From: Eledone cirrhosa | Taxonomy: Eukaryota | Length of the DNA stretch: 64,000 nt | NCBI GenBank assembly: GCA_964016885.1 | Contig: OZ024742.1 | Span: 33,232,001 to 33,296,000 of the forward strand | Direction of reading: 5' to 3' | Part shown: piece after piece, positions 35,005 through 49,133 of the stretch | How the letters are laid out: every line of letters begins with the position of its first letter | How positions within the stretch are numbered: the first letter of the stretch is position 1 | Position numbers and translations under genes: made by a program | The notes under the pieces: model-generated | Told to the model about the DNA's origin: nothing | Database searches by the model: none | What the model saw: only the letters and a program-made list of their open reading frames with translations

Positions 35005-35551
35005 TTCGCCTGGAAACTGTTCAGAGACGTGCAACCAAGCGAATACCCTCCATCAGGCATCTACCATACTCTGAAAGCCTTGCTTCTCTGAGCATCTGAG
35101 CATGGATACATTGAAGCTCCGACGCCTCGCAACTGACTTGGTAAACACTCACAAAATTATTAACCATCTTGCCATCAACAACCCTGAGCACCTTTTTGAT
35201 CTCCATGTGTCTAACACACGTGGGCATGCCCAGAAAGTCAGAAAACAGCACAGCTCCCATGACTTTCGGAAACATTTTTTCACGCTCAGAATTGCTGAAG
35301 CATGGAACAATCTCTTGGCATCAGTCGTTAGCTGTGGAGACACTGCATCCATTAAAACCTACATGCTTCCCGAGATTCGCCAATACTACACCTAATGTTC
35401 CCTCTCCATACACATACACACATGTATATCATGACTCATACACTATTCACTTCCCTGACATTTGTGTACTATGTACTATACATACACCTATGTACTATAC
35501 ATACACCTTTGACGAGTTGTAGTGCACCTGAGCACTTTACACAATAATTTC

Positions 35552-35562
<11 letters not shown>
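35005..35562 (+). mobile_element. CR1-clade LINE 3' end; other copies at ~18695-19007(-), 30627-30823(-), 46745-46988(+)
   Basis: [13 protein letters not shown]...LKLRRLATDL...NTRGH..KVRK...RKHFFTLRIAEAWNNL, a 3' UTR hairpin and an (ATT)n tail. Confidence 0.88.
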
Positions 35563-35582
<20 letters not shown>

Positions 35583-36505
35583 TACATACACGTGTGTGTG
35601 TGTGTGTCTGTATTTGTGTTTACATTAACTGATTATTTATCTCCTCTAACTTAATGGTTTGACAAAAAGAGATCAATGACATGATCCACTAAATCCTTTC
35701 AAGGCTGTGTCCCAGCATGGCCACAGTCTAATGACTGAAACAAGTAAAACAAGTAACAGAAGGAAAGAATAATGCACCAAATCAGAGAATTACTTTCATT
35801 CTCTCTTAAATTATTAATTATCTAAATTCTAGGTTTCCAGTGCTTTAATTAACCTGCTGACTGCCATTAACAAACCAAATCCAAGTCTCCAGCTGTGTTA
35901 GCAAAACACAAACACTTTTGCCTATGTATCTATTTATTTATTTATCTACAAATCTGTTTGTTTATTGTAGTATAAGGGTATGCTGGAGGTGAACAGGTGT
36001 TATTTTGAGGTTCTTTTCCTGTGGAACAGGAAATTCATAGTGGGAGTTAAAAAAAAAATCATGTTTCATTTATAAAACATTTTTATCTTGGAATAAATAC
36101 AAAGAAGCAGAAATGACCTGGGTTAGCAAGTAAAAGCATTGACAAAGCCTCTACATTGTTTCTGGACCTGCTAGAAATGACAGCCAGTTATCTCCGCATT
36201 AACAAGACATTCGTTAAAAGTATAAAACAACATTATGACTGCATCACATTAAAAATTAAAGTCTTTACTCTTTTATTACAAATTTCCCTAACAATCTGTC
36301 CGTTAGCAAAAATTCTATAAACATTTAAATTAGCAAACCTGTATTTTTATAAATTTCTGCTGAATCATTCAACCAGCCTAATAAAAGGGAGGACACATAG
36401 ATAATGAAGTATGAAATAACTCCACCAAATAGAAGGGATGATCAAAGGCTGGAATGCCTTTAATCATAGGCCTACTTGATAAGAGTTGATATTGGACTAA
36501 ACAAG

Positions 36506-36944
36506 AAAAATATCCATGTCTCAGAATCTCTTTATTAGCCACTGATCCACAAACCAGTTTTACAAATGGAATAAGTAATATTCAGTTTCTTCACCAAATA
36601 TTTAAAAGCCATGTGTGTGGATTATAAATAATCGTTTCTACTTTTGGCACAAGGCCAGCAATTATCCCAGTGTATTACTGGTACTTTATTTTATCGACCC
36701 CGTAAGGATGAAAGGCAAAATTAACCTCGGCAGGATTTCATCCTTACGGGGTCGATAAAATAAAGTACCAGTAATAGACTGGGATAATTGCTGGCCTTGT
36801 GCCAAAAGTAGAAACAATTATTTATAATCCACTCATGGCTTTTTAAATATTTGGTGAAGAAACTGAATATTACTTATTCCATTTGTAAAACAGTGGTTTG
36901 TGGATCAGTGGCTAATAAAGAGATTCTGAGACATGGATATTTTT
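36506..36944. repeat. Long palindrome with ~208-bp arms (36506-36713 / 36736-36944) and a 22-nt spacer
   Basis: Arms contain apparently unique DNA plus part of a family-B SINE, with few mismatches. Confidence 0.93.
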
Positions 36945-37161
36945 ATATATGTAACTCATTGGTCTGGCAAAGATGTGGGTTCATGTCCCATGTATGTCAA
37001 TAGCCATCCTTTTTTCCATTCAGAGGGGTTTGTTTAAATCCCAACTAACAGATTAATTCAATTTAGTCAAATATGTCGTAAGCACACGTTACTATCTAAT
37101 TTTCAAATTCGCTAGCCATTTGTAAACAAAGCTAGCTTTGTGTCTCCATATATATATATAT

Positions 37162-37490
37162 GAAAAAGTATGACCCCGATGGCAGAGCTCAAGTCGTTTC
37201 GACGGCTCTTTCTGCACTAAATTACAATTTTTAGCCTGGTAAATAAATAGCCAAACTTATCAAGGGTACTTCCTTATATGGGAAGATAGTAATTGTCATC
37301 CCATATAAGGAAGTACCCCTTGGTAAGTTTGGCTATTTATTTACCAGGCTAAAAATTCTAATTTAGTCCAGAAATAGCCGTTGAAACGGCTTGAGCTCTG
37401 CCGTCGGGGTCATACTTTTTCCTATTACCCACTCTACTACATTAAGTATTGAGTACTTTGGTGCGTTATGGTCCATCTGGTTCTTTACCA
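37162..37490. repeat. Family X fold-back copy: ~122-bp arms (37162-37283 / 37299-37421) plus a unique tail
   Basis: Reverse-complement match of the arms. Confidence 0.85.
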
Positions 37491-37502
37491 CAATTCCCTC
37501 GT

Positions 37503-37546
<44 letters not shown>

Positions 37547-37994
37547 TTTTTAAATATATATATACACACACACATTTTTAAACAAACATATATATAATAA
37601 ATAATATATATATAATTGTTTCTACTTATGGCACAAGGTCAGCAGTTACCCCCAGTGCATTATTGGCACTTTATTTTAACAATCCCGTAAGGATGAAAGG
37701 CAAAATTAATCTCGGCAGGATTTGAACTCAGAACGTAAAGGGCCATAACTCCATGCTGCAAAGCATGGTGTCTAACTCTCTGGTGATATTGCTAATCCAC
37801 ATATATATCAAAAGTGGAAGAATATAATAAAATCTCAAATGAGAGTAGAGATAGACATATAAGATATAAATGACATTATTAACGGACAAATTTTGCTCTT
37901 TGATTTTGAATGCTAACTCAACACGTTTTTGTGTCAGAAATGAATTTTAATGAATGTTAGTTGATTCTCTGCCAATTAATTTTGAATATGCATA

Positions 37995-38232
37995 TATCTA
38001 TCTATCTAAGGCGGGTAAAATTCCCGAGATCCATGGACGAGTTCTCTCCAGCGGTCTCTGTCCCTCATTATCGCTGCCATGTCCTGCGTCTCCAACAGAC
38101 CAGTGTCTGTCCTTAGAGCTTCAACATACGTTAACCTTGGTCTTCCTCTTCTAGTGTGTCCATGTAGGGGCTCCCACAGGAGCACAGTGCAATGTCAACT
38201 CTGGATGTCGGTGAGCATGTAGCTGGACATGC
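37995..38232 (-). mobile_element. 3' end of a distinct RTE-type LINE with a (TAGA)n tail
   Basis: VLLWEPLHGHTRRGRPRLTYVEALRTDTGLLETQDMAAIMRDRDRWRELV...PP* followed by tagatagata. Confidence 0.7.
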
Positions 38233-38244
38233 ATATATATATAA

Positions 38245-39224
38245 TATATATATATAAAACTGAGGATGTCTGTCTGTCTGTCTGTGTGTGTGTGTGAATT
38301 TGAATCCCTAAAACTCGAGAAGCACCCAACCGACTGTTTTCAAACTTTACACATGTAATACTTATGTTTCAGGGAGTGTTCTGAGCAAAAAGAATTTCAA
38401 ATTTTCAATGCCCTATGGACCGCATTAGGCGATTTAGCGATCTCTCTCTATAATTCTTAGATAGATACATACATATAACGTCGCCCCCTTATAATATCTG
38501 TCTGTATGTCTGGCTGTCTGCATTACGTCACTTCCCACAATTCCTTCTGCGTCCAGAACGCGCCCTTATAATATCTGTCTGTATGTCTGGCTGTCTGCAT
38601 TACGTCACTTCCCACAATTCCTTCTGCGTCCAGAACGCGCCCTTATAATATCTGTCTGTATGTCTGGCTGTCTGCTGCCTCCGGTTATTCTGCCACCCTT
38701 GCTCAAGACAAATCTCACACTCACTCCCCAAACAGTTGGTAAGTGCACACAACTTCTTCCTCTCGTTTTAAGCCACAGTGTTGCTTACTTACATACCACC
38801 AGACCCTTACTTCTTTGCCAGCCGTGGTTGTGGCAATATTAAACTTAGCTAAAGCAGTTATATATTTCACACAACACTAAAAATGAAAGCCGGTAACTAT
38901 GTATTAGTCAGTCTCTTCTTCATACCGTGAGCAAAGAAAATTCAACTTTTTTATGGCCTAGGGCCTGCATTACTTCAAGCTAATTTTCCCGAAATTTCAA
39001 GGTATATTATGCACATAAAAAAAATTCATTTTCTTGATGCCCTAGGGCCCGCATTAGGTGAAAACCTGCATTTTTCCTGCTTCATCGAGGAAAATCTTAA
39101 AGATTATCCAGCCATCAGAGTATTTGGTTTATTTTCTTTACATATTGTCGAGGCATGTAGTTTTCCATGATTAGGTCTGTTGGCGGCCCGCGTTCCAAAA
39201 TACCTTATTCCGTGCAACTGCTAG
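38245..39224 (+). mobile_element. Non-autonomous Helitron-like element with an internal 75-bp tandem duplication
   Basis: 5' tatataaaa + (GTCT)n and 3' ...ccgtgcaactgCTAG|T. The last ~330 bp are shared with the 52-kb element. Confidence 0.65.
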
Positions 39225-40845
39225 TATATATATAAAGTTGATGAGGGATTAACCTAAGAGAAAAGTGTCTGTCTTCAATCCTTTCAACCTGGTCCACCAC
39301 ACAACCTTTCACTACTGCCATCAGACAGAGGAAAACTGCCTGCCCTTCTTGGCCAAAAGAAGGCGGCAGGGCAACCCCCACTATAGACTCGGTTATTAAT
39401 AATAATGAAAATGATGAGAGGTATAGTGGCTTAGATTAACTCAAGTATTTAACATCTTAATTTTATCAAATCCAAGATGGATAAAAAGTAAAGTTTACTT
39501 CAAGAAGATTTGAACTCAGAACATAAAGGGACAAATCAAAAATACTACAAAGATTTTGCCAAGCATTCTACCAAATTTTCCACCTACTGTTGTATTAACA
39601 ATAATATCTAACAGAGATACAAAACTATAAATGTGGATGGTAGGTTAAAACTCCAGGGCTTGATTGATATTTTAGTTTCTTGACTCTGGAAGGATGAAAA
39701 ACAAAGTTGACATTTGCAAGATTTGATCTCAGAATATTAACCTACTGGATACGAAACCACCTACAATTGGTTCTGCTTCTACAATATAAAATTATATTTA
39801 TCTAAAAACCTTCCATTATAATTTTACACCAGGGTGGTGGATTGGGAGTATCAGTAGAGCATTGGACACCATGCTTTGTAGCAGTGAGTTATGGCCCTTT
39901 ACATTCTGAGTTTAAATCCTGCTGAGGTTAGCAGGGTTGATAAATTAAGTACCAGTAATGTACTGGGGATCAATTTAATCAACTTTCCCCTCCCCCACAA
40001 AAAATTGTGTTGGCCTTGTGCCTAAATATATAATTTTACATAAGAACCTTTGTTAAGTTATATTTCAAGTACCAAATAAATGAGAAAGTTAGTTATATTA
40101 TTAAATCTCTCAAAATTCTTCGAAAATCATATATAGTGGTATTCATATATAGTAACAAAAGGGTTAAAGAACTGGAGGAATTGCTTCAGGACATTTTGTA
40201 CATAGCTCTAACGATTCTGCTAATCCAACACTCTCTTTGTCAGTTCAAGTTTTCAGTTAGCAATAACCACACCTCATTTAACTCACATTGTCTGTAATGA
40301 TGATGATGATGATAACAATATAAGAACTGAAGGAGAATCAGAAGGCTATTTTAATTGGAATTTAGTTAATTGCACACCCAAAGATGAAGTAAAACATCAA
40401 CTTAGCAGCAAACGAACAGATTTTGTTTTCTTTCTTCTTACATATTTCATTGCATTTTCTCAGGTTTTATCTTTTATTTTTTGTAAGTAAAGAAATAGAG
40501 AAATGAAGATGGCCTCTAACAAAAGCTGGCCAAGCATATAAAACTAAGCCAAACCAACTGAGAAACATAGTTGAAGATAAGAGAAAATAATAAAAGCTAA
40601 GCAGCCTACATCAGTATTATATATATATATATATATACATTTTTTTTTAAAGTGACACACCAAAAATTTTCAATAGTAAAGAAAGAAGACTGATTTACAA
40701 GCTACACTGGATGCTTTCATCTCTATTTAGCAATATATATCTATTTTTGTTTGTTTTAAATTCTTTTGCCTCATTTTCTAGCTGTTCTCTCTGCCATAGC
40801 CAAGCCTGGACAATTCAGTTCTGTTGTATCTCTCTCTCTCTCTCT

Positions 40846-40948
<103 letters not shown>

Positions 40949-42839
40949 TATACATATCCATATATATATATATATATATATACATATCCATATATATATA
41001 TATACATATCCATATATATATATATATCCATATCCATATATATCCATATCCATATATATATATATATCCATATATATATACATATCCATCGAGCAAGACA
41101 ACCACTCTTGCCTCAAGTGGGAAAACCCCCGTCCAAACCCATGCAAGCGTGGAACACGGACGCTAAACCTGATGATGATGATGATGATGATATATATATA
41201 CACACACACACATATATATTATTTCTCTCTATCTCTCAAGCTATATTATTAAATGCCACAGAGCTCTCTACTTATCGATCAGAATAATTTTTCTGCCTAG
41301 TTCTCCACATCCCTTTTAGTCAACTAATGAAGCCAACTTTTTTTTTTTTTTTTTTTGCCTAGAGTTTCTTACATTGTCTAACAGCCGAGAGGATATAGAA
41401 AACCATGTGCTGAGTTCCGGATTTGCTACAATTAGACAACCTGTAGCCAGCACAACAAAAGCCATCTATTTTTGTCAGCTGCACCCAGTTTGCTTGACAT
41501 TACACTCTAGTTGCACCAAAATATTACCAGACTCTGTTGTGGTTGTTGATGTTGAAGAGTTGTTTCTCAAAGCAGCGATGTTCTTTCTAGGCAAATTCCA
41601 GTTTAGAAAAAAAAAAAACCCCAAAAAACCAGCCTGAAATCTTTTTACGCTAAACTTTCAAATTCTATCATTGGATGAATAATATCGATGAGACAATGAA
41701 GGGAGCTTTGATATCATAACCCGACCTGCTAGAAATAGCGACCAAATCTTAAAATTCTCACCCACACATACCTTTCCTACAAAAGTTGACCTCTGCAACA
41801 ATCTAAACTGAATATCAAAAGAATCAATCCCATTGGTCTCTAAGGGCCTTAAAAAGTCATGGGACAGCCCTTGCAAATAAAACATATGAATAAAACAATG
41901 AAGGGCACACTAAATAATTGTTTCTACTTTTGGCACAAGGCCTGCAATTATCCTGGTGCTTTATTTTTTCGACCCCGTAAGCATGAAAGGCAAAGTTAAC
42001 CTCAACAGGATTTGAACTCAGACCATAAAGGGCCGTAACTCTTTGCTGCAAAGCATGGCGTCTGACCCTTTACCGATACTGCCAATCCACTGCCTGCCTA
42101 AATAATTGTTTCTACTTTTGGCACAAGGCCAGCAATTACCCAGTGCATTACTGGTACTTTATTTTATCGACCCCGTAAGGATGAAAGGCAAAGTAAACCT
42201 TGGCGGGATTTGAACTCAGACCGTAAAGGGACGTAACTATGCTGGAAAGCATGGCGTCCGACTCTCTACCGATACTGCCAATCCACCGAAATGTAGTTTG
42301 TGATAAAAAATATCTAGAAAAAGAAATAAAAGACAGGATAGCTATAACTGAATTACCTTTGACTATAGGTCTGTTTAGCTAGGGCTTAACTAGGCTAAAC
42401 AACAACTGATATTACAAATACAAATTGATGCAACTAATGAGCCTCTATTTGGTGGCTTGAGCTGCTAGAAATAACAACTAAGCATCCCTCAAATAACACC
42501 CTATCTTCTAAAAGGAGTAAGGACATATTGAATAGCATTTATTCTCTCAAACCCGTTTTAGGGATACTCCGACCATTCATTAACAGCAGTATCTATTTTA
42601 CCAACCCTGGTGGTATTAATATCTACTGATATTACAAGTTGCTCGACTTGCCATAAATAACAGCCAAACCTCTTTCAAGCCAACTGTGTTATATTAAAAT
42701 GGAAGTACACATTAGAAGTTTGCTAAGTCAGGATCTACTTGAAGCTAAACAACTGATATTACTGGTATCAACCAAGCCAACAAGGTAGCTTCTACTTAGT
42801 TCCTTGACCTGCTATGAAAGTAGACGTATATAGACAATA

Positions 42840-42961
42840 TATTGTTTCTGTTCAAAAGCCAAATGTTATAGCCTCTGGTCTCTAACCACATTGATAACAC
42901 CAAAGGTAAATGTGGTGAAAGACTAGAGGCTACAGAGTTTGGTGATTGAATAGAAACAATA
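42840..42961. repeat. Imperfect ~120-nt hairpin
   Basis: tattgtttctgttcaa...tagcctctggtc...accacatt pairs with aatgtggt...gactagaggcta...ttgaatagaaacaata. Confidence 0.75.
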
Positions 42962-43195
42962 CAGAGTTTGAGAAGACTCTTCAGTACGAAAGCCCATCTG
43001 ATAAATCCTCTAGTGCTGGTGCCACGAAAAATGCACCCAGTTCACCCTGGGAGGTAGTTGGTATTAGAAAGGACATCCATGCAATGTATGAGTGAGATGA
43101 GGTCATTCTCACCCATCCGATCTTGAACTGTGACAACTCCTCCAATCCAAGCCAGCATGAAAAGTGGTTGTAAAATTGATGATAATGATATATAT

Positions 43196-43391
43196 CAGGC
43201 ATGTCAAACATGTGGCCCTTTACAAGCAGACCTGCAGCCCACACAAAGAATTTTACAGTGCAAGCATGTTTTATCTTTGTAGTATAAAATGAAAAAAATA
43301 GTTGTAATGAGCGCAATTAGTTGTCGTGTGTGACCCTCAGCCAACACGTGACCTATGTGGCCCCCAGGGAACCCTCAGTTTGACATGACTG
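43196..43391. mobile_element. hAT/Charlie-type MITE
   Basis: TIRs caggcatgtcaaac / gtttgacatgactg, ggccc subterminal motifs, and 8-bp TSD atatatat. Confidence 0.75.
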
Positions 43392-43948
43392 ATATATATA
43401 ATATAAATGGGTAAGTTTGTTTCTTTTATAATTGTTTCTACTTTTGGCACAAGGCCAGCAATTATCCCAGTGTATTACTGGTACTTTATTTTATCGACCC
43501 CGTAAGGATGAAAGGCAAAGTTAACCTTGGCAGGATTTGAACTCAGACCATAAGACTGTTTCTTTTATAATAAACTTAAAGCTGAATCACAGTGCTAACA
43601 TTACTTAATTATTTACAATTTAGAAAGTTATACTCTTCCTTCACACACTCTCTCTCTCTCTCTCTACACACACATCATCACCATCCATGTTATATATACA
43701 TAGAAACTCCTTCATAAGGGTGAGACACACCCTATAGAATATATACATATAAACCAACATTAATTGATAGATGACCAAAAGTCAAGGAGTGGGGGTGGAG
43801 GTGAGGTAGGGCTCTGAAGATCCAATCCAATGAAAAAAACCCATAAGTGACAATGTAATATTATTATCCTATCAGAAACTACCTTATATATACACACACA
43901 CATATATATATCCAGGGAGTGTAACTTGGAGTTACTGCAGGTTCACCT

Positions 43949-44263
43949 GGGTGAACACTCAATGTTTAGGTTCACTTCAGTGTCGAGGTGTAGAGCTAGA
44001 TAGAGTGTATTATAGGGAAATAAAATAACAAGGACGATTAGTTACTCCTTCATTACGTTTATTGGTTGGTGATGAGCGTTTCGCCACTGATCAGCTCAAG
44101 GTTCGATCTGTATCGATCTGACCCGACTCTGTAATCCGCGGCTTGTCAGACCCCTTGTAATGTTAATGGAAAAATTGAGCTGATCAGTGGCGAAACGCGC
44201 GTCACCAACCAATAAACGTAATGAAGGAGTAACCAATCGTCCTTGTTATCTTATTTCACTATA
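43949..44263 (-). ncRNA. Hammerhead-motif repeat with an inverted partial copy (arms 44011-44099 / 44175-44263)
   Basis: Minus strand: GGGGU CUGACAA GCCGC...GUGGC GAAAC GCUC AUC ACC. The plus-strand arm retains GUGGC GAAAC GCGC GUC ACC. Confidence 0.65.
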
Positions 44264-44267
44264 TATA

Positions 44268-44313
<46 letters not shown>

Positions 44314-46088
44314 GGAGGGAACAAAGAATCAGTATTGCATTATATACATATTTAATCACATATTACATATGTTTCACTGACGATCAGCTTGAAGAATGAT
44401 CGAATTATGTTTGTTCCTGACTCTGGAATCGGAAGCTCCTCAGATATGTGTTCTCACATGCAGACTCACGTCCAAATGCTGCTGAATTTTACCGCTACTA
44501 CTACTACTGTATGTATAATATATATACAGAGAGAGAGAGAGAGAAATTTGTACTGGTGACAACAAAAAAAACACCCAGTCCGTCCTGTTAGGTGGTTGTT
44601 TCAGTGCCGTGATAAAAAGCACTCAGTTCACGTTGTAACGTGATTGGCATTAGGAAGGAGATCCAGCTGTAGAAACCAAGCCAAAATACAGATCTGTATG
44701 AACATGATGTGGTCTCATACTGTGACAACCTGTCTAACCTATGTAAATGTGGAAAATGGATGTTAAATGATGATGATAACTATATATAAATATATCAGCA
44801 TCATCATGATCATCATAGTTGAACCCTTTAGCATTTAAACCAGCTGTATCCAGCCAGAATTCTCTCACCTCTTTCTGTTCAAACCAGCTGTATCCGGTCA
44901 CTCATACTGATGTTAAGGTATTGCTCTCAAAATAAATAATATCAAAATCTCATAGATTCGATATTAGCATGGGTTAGACGGGCTGTCCCATTAGAGGCAA
45001 GTTGGGTCAGGTGACCATGTCTTGCTCATGTAGTTATGCTGGAGTTTCACCTTCACACTGACAGGATCATCAGACAAGATATTTCATCATGCGGGCACAG
45101 ATGAACTCCGGAGTTACAAGCACCACTACTTAGCCATAATAAATGTGTGTGTGTGTGTGTGTGTGTATGTGTCTTTCTTCCTCTTCTCACTCTCCTTGGA
45201 CTTTCTATTTCTTCTTTTATTTCTCATTCTATCTTCTGATGAAGGACTAGCATCCAAAACATTAAGACTCTTTTCCTACTACATCAAACATTAAACTAAT
45301 CTTCATTATATTGTATTGATTACTTTGTGGTTTACAGTTTACTTTTCACATAAATATATATACACTAATAAAACTTTTCACATCTTTGTGTTTGTCTTGT
45401 CTATTCTCGAACAATATATATATATATATACACACATTTATATACCTCCCTCTCTCTCTCTTTATATATATAATGTATATATATATATGTATAAATATAT
45501 GATGATATGTATAAATATATACATATATATAATGTATATATGTATATATATATATAATGTATATATATATATATATATAATGTATATATATATATATAAA
45601 TATATACATACATATATATATATATGTATATATATATATAATGTATATATATATATACATATATACATACATATATATATATATATATCATCATTTCATT
45701 TTCATCATTTCATTTTACGTCCGCTTTTTCCCTGCTTGCAAGGGTGGGACGGGAACTGATTCTGGCTTGATTTCTACAGCTGGATGCCCTTCCTAACACC
45801 AACCTCATTTACAGTGAGTGCTGGGTGCTTTTTTGCCGTGGCACCTGCACGACCACTTTACAGTGGAATGATATGGACCCCAGTCCCTATCATCTCATTT
45901 CTACAGCTGAGTAAACTGGAGCAATGTGAAATAAAGTGTCTTGCTGAAGGAAACAACATATCACTCGGTCTGAGAATTGAACTCACAACCTTTCGATTGC
46001 AAGGCCAATGCTCTAACCACTAAGCCATGTCCCTCCATATAATGTATATATATATATAATGTATATATATATATGTATAAATATATAC

Positions 46089-46131
<43 letters not shown>

Positions 46132-49100
46132 TAATGTATATATATTCTTTTGTTTACCCACTGTTTTGTAACTTTATTCAGTTGTATGTATATCAATCCA
46201 GTTGAAGTCATATCTAAATGTCCACTCCATAAACACTATATCAATATAAATAGGAACAATACTCTAATTACTAATTATCATCAATTTCATGTTAAGAGAA
46301 GAATGGACTTGTAAATGGGTGGACTTTGTAAATAAAATAAGCATTATATTATTATAGTGTGCCCCACCTGAGCCACTTCCCCTCATATATCTGATCAGTC
46401 TCCACCCTAGTCACACTGACTTTAATTCTTTAAACACCAAGCCACTTACAACTGTCTCTGTTAACATTTTAGCATTTAAACTGGCCATATACGGCCAGAA
46501 TTCTCTCACCTTTTTCTGTTCAAACCAGTCATAATTAGTCACTCATACTGATGTTAAGGTATTGTTCTCAAAATAAATAAATCAAAATCTCATAGATTTG
46601 ATATTATGTGAGATAATTATGTGATGAAAGCCTTTACCATGACAATACAATAGTATATAGAGAGTTGAAGTATTAAAATTTACATTCAAACCATGGAATG
46701 AAATATCATAGCTAGTTAATATCAGATTTCAGCAGTTAGATTTCAGCTCAGAGTTGCTAAAGCATGGAACAAACTGCCTGCGTCAGTTGTTAGCTGCCGA
46801 GACACTGCATCCTTTAAAACCCTTATGCTTCCCAAAATTCTCCCAAACTACACCTGATGTCCCCCTTCCATACACATGCACTGTTCATTTTCCTGACGTT
46901 TGTACATTACCATATGTACTATACATACACTTTTGATGAGTTGTAGTGCACCTGAGCACTGTACACAATATTTTCATTATTATTATTATAAATATTTGTA
47001 ATTAAGGATGTATTGAGAAAGCCAGTACAATGCAAATAGGTAATACAATGGTAGAACTAGTGCAGAGTAAGGTAAGAATATAAAGCAAAAAAAAAATAAA
47101 CCCAAAAGATGACATTTATCTAAAAAAGTTCAAGTGTCTTTTGTGGCTATGACAACGGAAAAGGAAGGGAAAGGCAAGAAGAATGGGGTGGAGGAAGGGG
47201 GAGGGTAATGGAATTTATGCCTAGGGTGTGGCAGTATTGGAGCTGCACCCCACAGACAAGACTGCAAAAGCATTCCTGCAGACAATGGTCAGCGACACCC
47301 ACCGCACCTCACGGGGCTCCTTCCTCAGACAGGCTGACATTCCGATTTTGTGGAGGAGCTCGGCAGTACAGGGTCCAAGTATGCCTGAGGTCTTGACGGT
47401 GTGAAGAGGAAGTGGTTGGACAATAGTTTTTATCCAATATTTCATAGTATTTCAAGATTAGAACCTTTTTATTAAATGAAGAAAAACTGAAGTGGCTTTC
47501 TCAATATATTTGTTAATTCCATATCTCGCTGTACTTCATATAAACCATACCGCTTTGTTAAATATTTCTCTTTTGTTATTAAGTTGAAAATTAATTATTT
47601 CATTAAGCCTCCCATAATTATTGACTATTTTGATAATTAAAACACGAAGGATGTATATTCCTGTTAGAAATATCGTTACAAAAAGGTTAAAGCTTGAAAA
47701 TCAGTCAATTTTACTTTTTACCTCTTCAGGGTACATTGATAAAATAAGTATCAATGTAGAGTTGTTAAAACATCAGCCAAGATGCCTTGCAGTATTTGTT
47801 CCATTTCTTAGTTTTGCTATTACTTTATATTGAGTCACTCTCGGTTGTGAGTTCAAATCCAACAGGAATAATCTTTACATTTCTATGAAATTGATACCAG
47901 AACAGGCTGGTATTAATTCTGTTGACATCTGACTGATAAAATGACAAGTTAGTCAATCATATTGGTGGCTTTTCCACACCTCCAGCGGACAGAATAGGGA
48001 AGGATTTTACCTGGAGGACAGCAAGGGAGACGTGCTTCTGAATTCAAATCTCAGTGTAGCCCACTTGTGTGGAAGACTTAATACTTTTGATACCAGTATA
48101 GCAAATACTAGCTTTGGTTCTATTAAACAAAACCATCTATTTTAAAGGGGCATAATTTAAATTAAGATTTTTCAAAATAATTTTATATAAGAACCATGTT
48201 AAGTTACTATTTTAACCTTATGTTAAGTTAATATTAATAATTTTAGTAAATCCTTTGAAATTCTTAATTAATTAATTGAAACAGAGTGTATATAATTATA
48301 ATACAGACTTAATTCATTGACTGGTTTAAGACCACTACTTAGCCTTACATATATATCTTTTAGTTTCTACAAGAAATAACAGTCAAATCTTCCTCAAATG
48401 AGACCCCAGTGTCTTAAAAAAGGAAAGATACATTAGATTATTGTAGATACACTATGTCATAAAAAAGATGTCAAAGTTGTATCTGAGATGTTTTTAGTCA
48501 TGAGTACTTGATTGGGGTTGAAAAACAAGACTAACAGAGCTTGTATGTAGTCACAAGAACTGCTAGAAACAGCAGCAAAATTTGTTTCAACTCAACTTAC
48601 TATCTTCATAAAAGACATAGAGTAAAGTGGTTTAGAGCACACTATTTCCCCCCCCCCCCCCCCCATCACCACAAAACCCCCTAAACATGAAGGTTATGGC
48701 TAAAATTCCTTCGATTGGAGCCAACTTGAACTGAAGAAGAGCAACCTTGTGAGATTATATCAACAAGGTGATGAGAAGGGTTGGCATATTAACAGACAAA
48801 GACAAAAAGCAAGATACCTTCTTCAATATCTCTTATTGAATCTGCCAACCATAACTCAATCCCAGTTTACTAATTCTTCTCTTTGTTAACATTCTTATAA
48901 TATTTACTCAATCTTCTGAATTCCTAACTCTGAAGGACAATAACTATGTAGACATGAAGAAAGTAGTTGCAAAATTATGATTGATAGTTAAATATAGGTT
49001 TTACTTTTTACTTGTATAAATGTATATATTGTAGATTGGAAAGATTTACAAGATTAATGCAAGTTTAAATACTTGCATTAATGTTTTTTTTGTGGTGGAG

Positions 49101-49133
49101 TGAGACTGGGAATCAATTGTAAAGTTGTCTTAC

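Noticed and set aside
44375-44415. Additional hammerhead (CTGACGA...GAAT)
   Set aside because: The GAAA box and stems I/III are not supported, so it is too weak to call.
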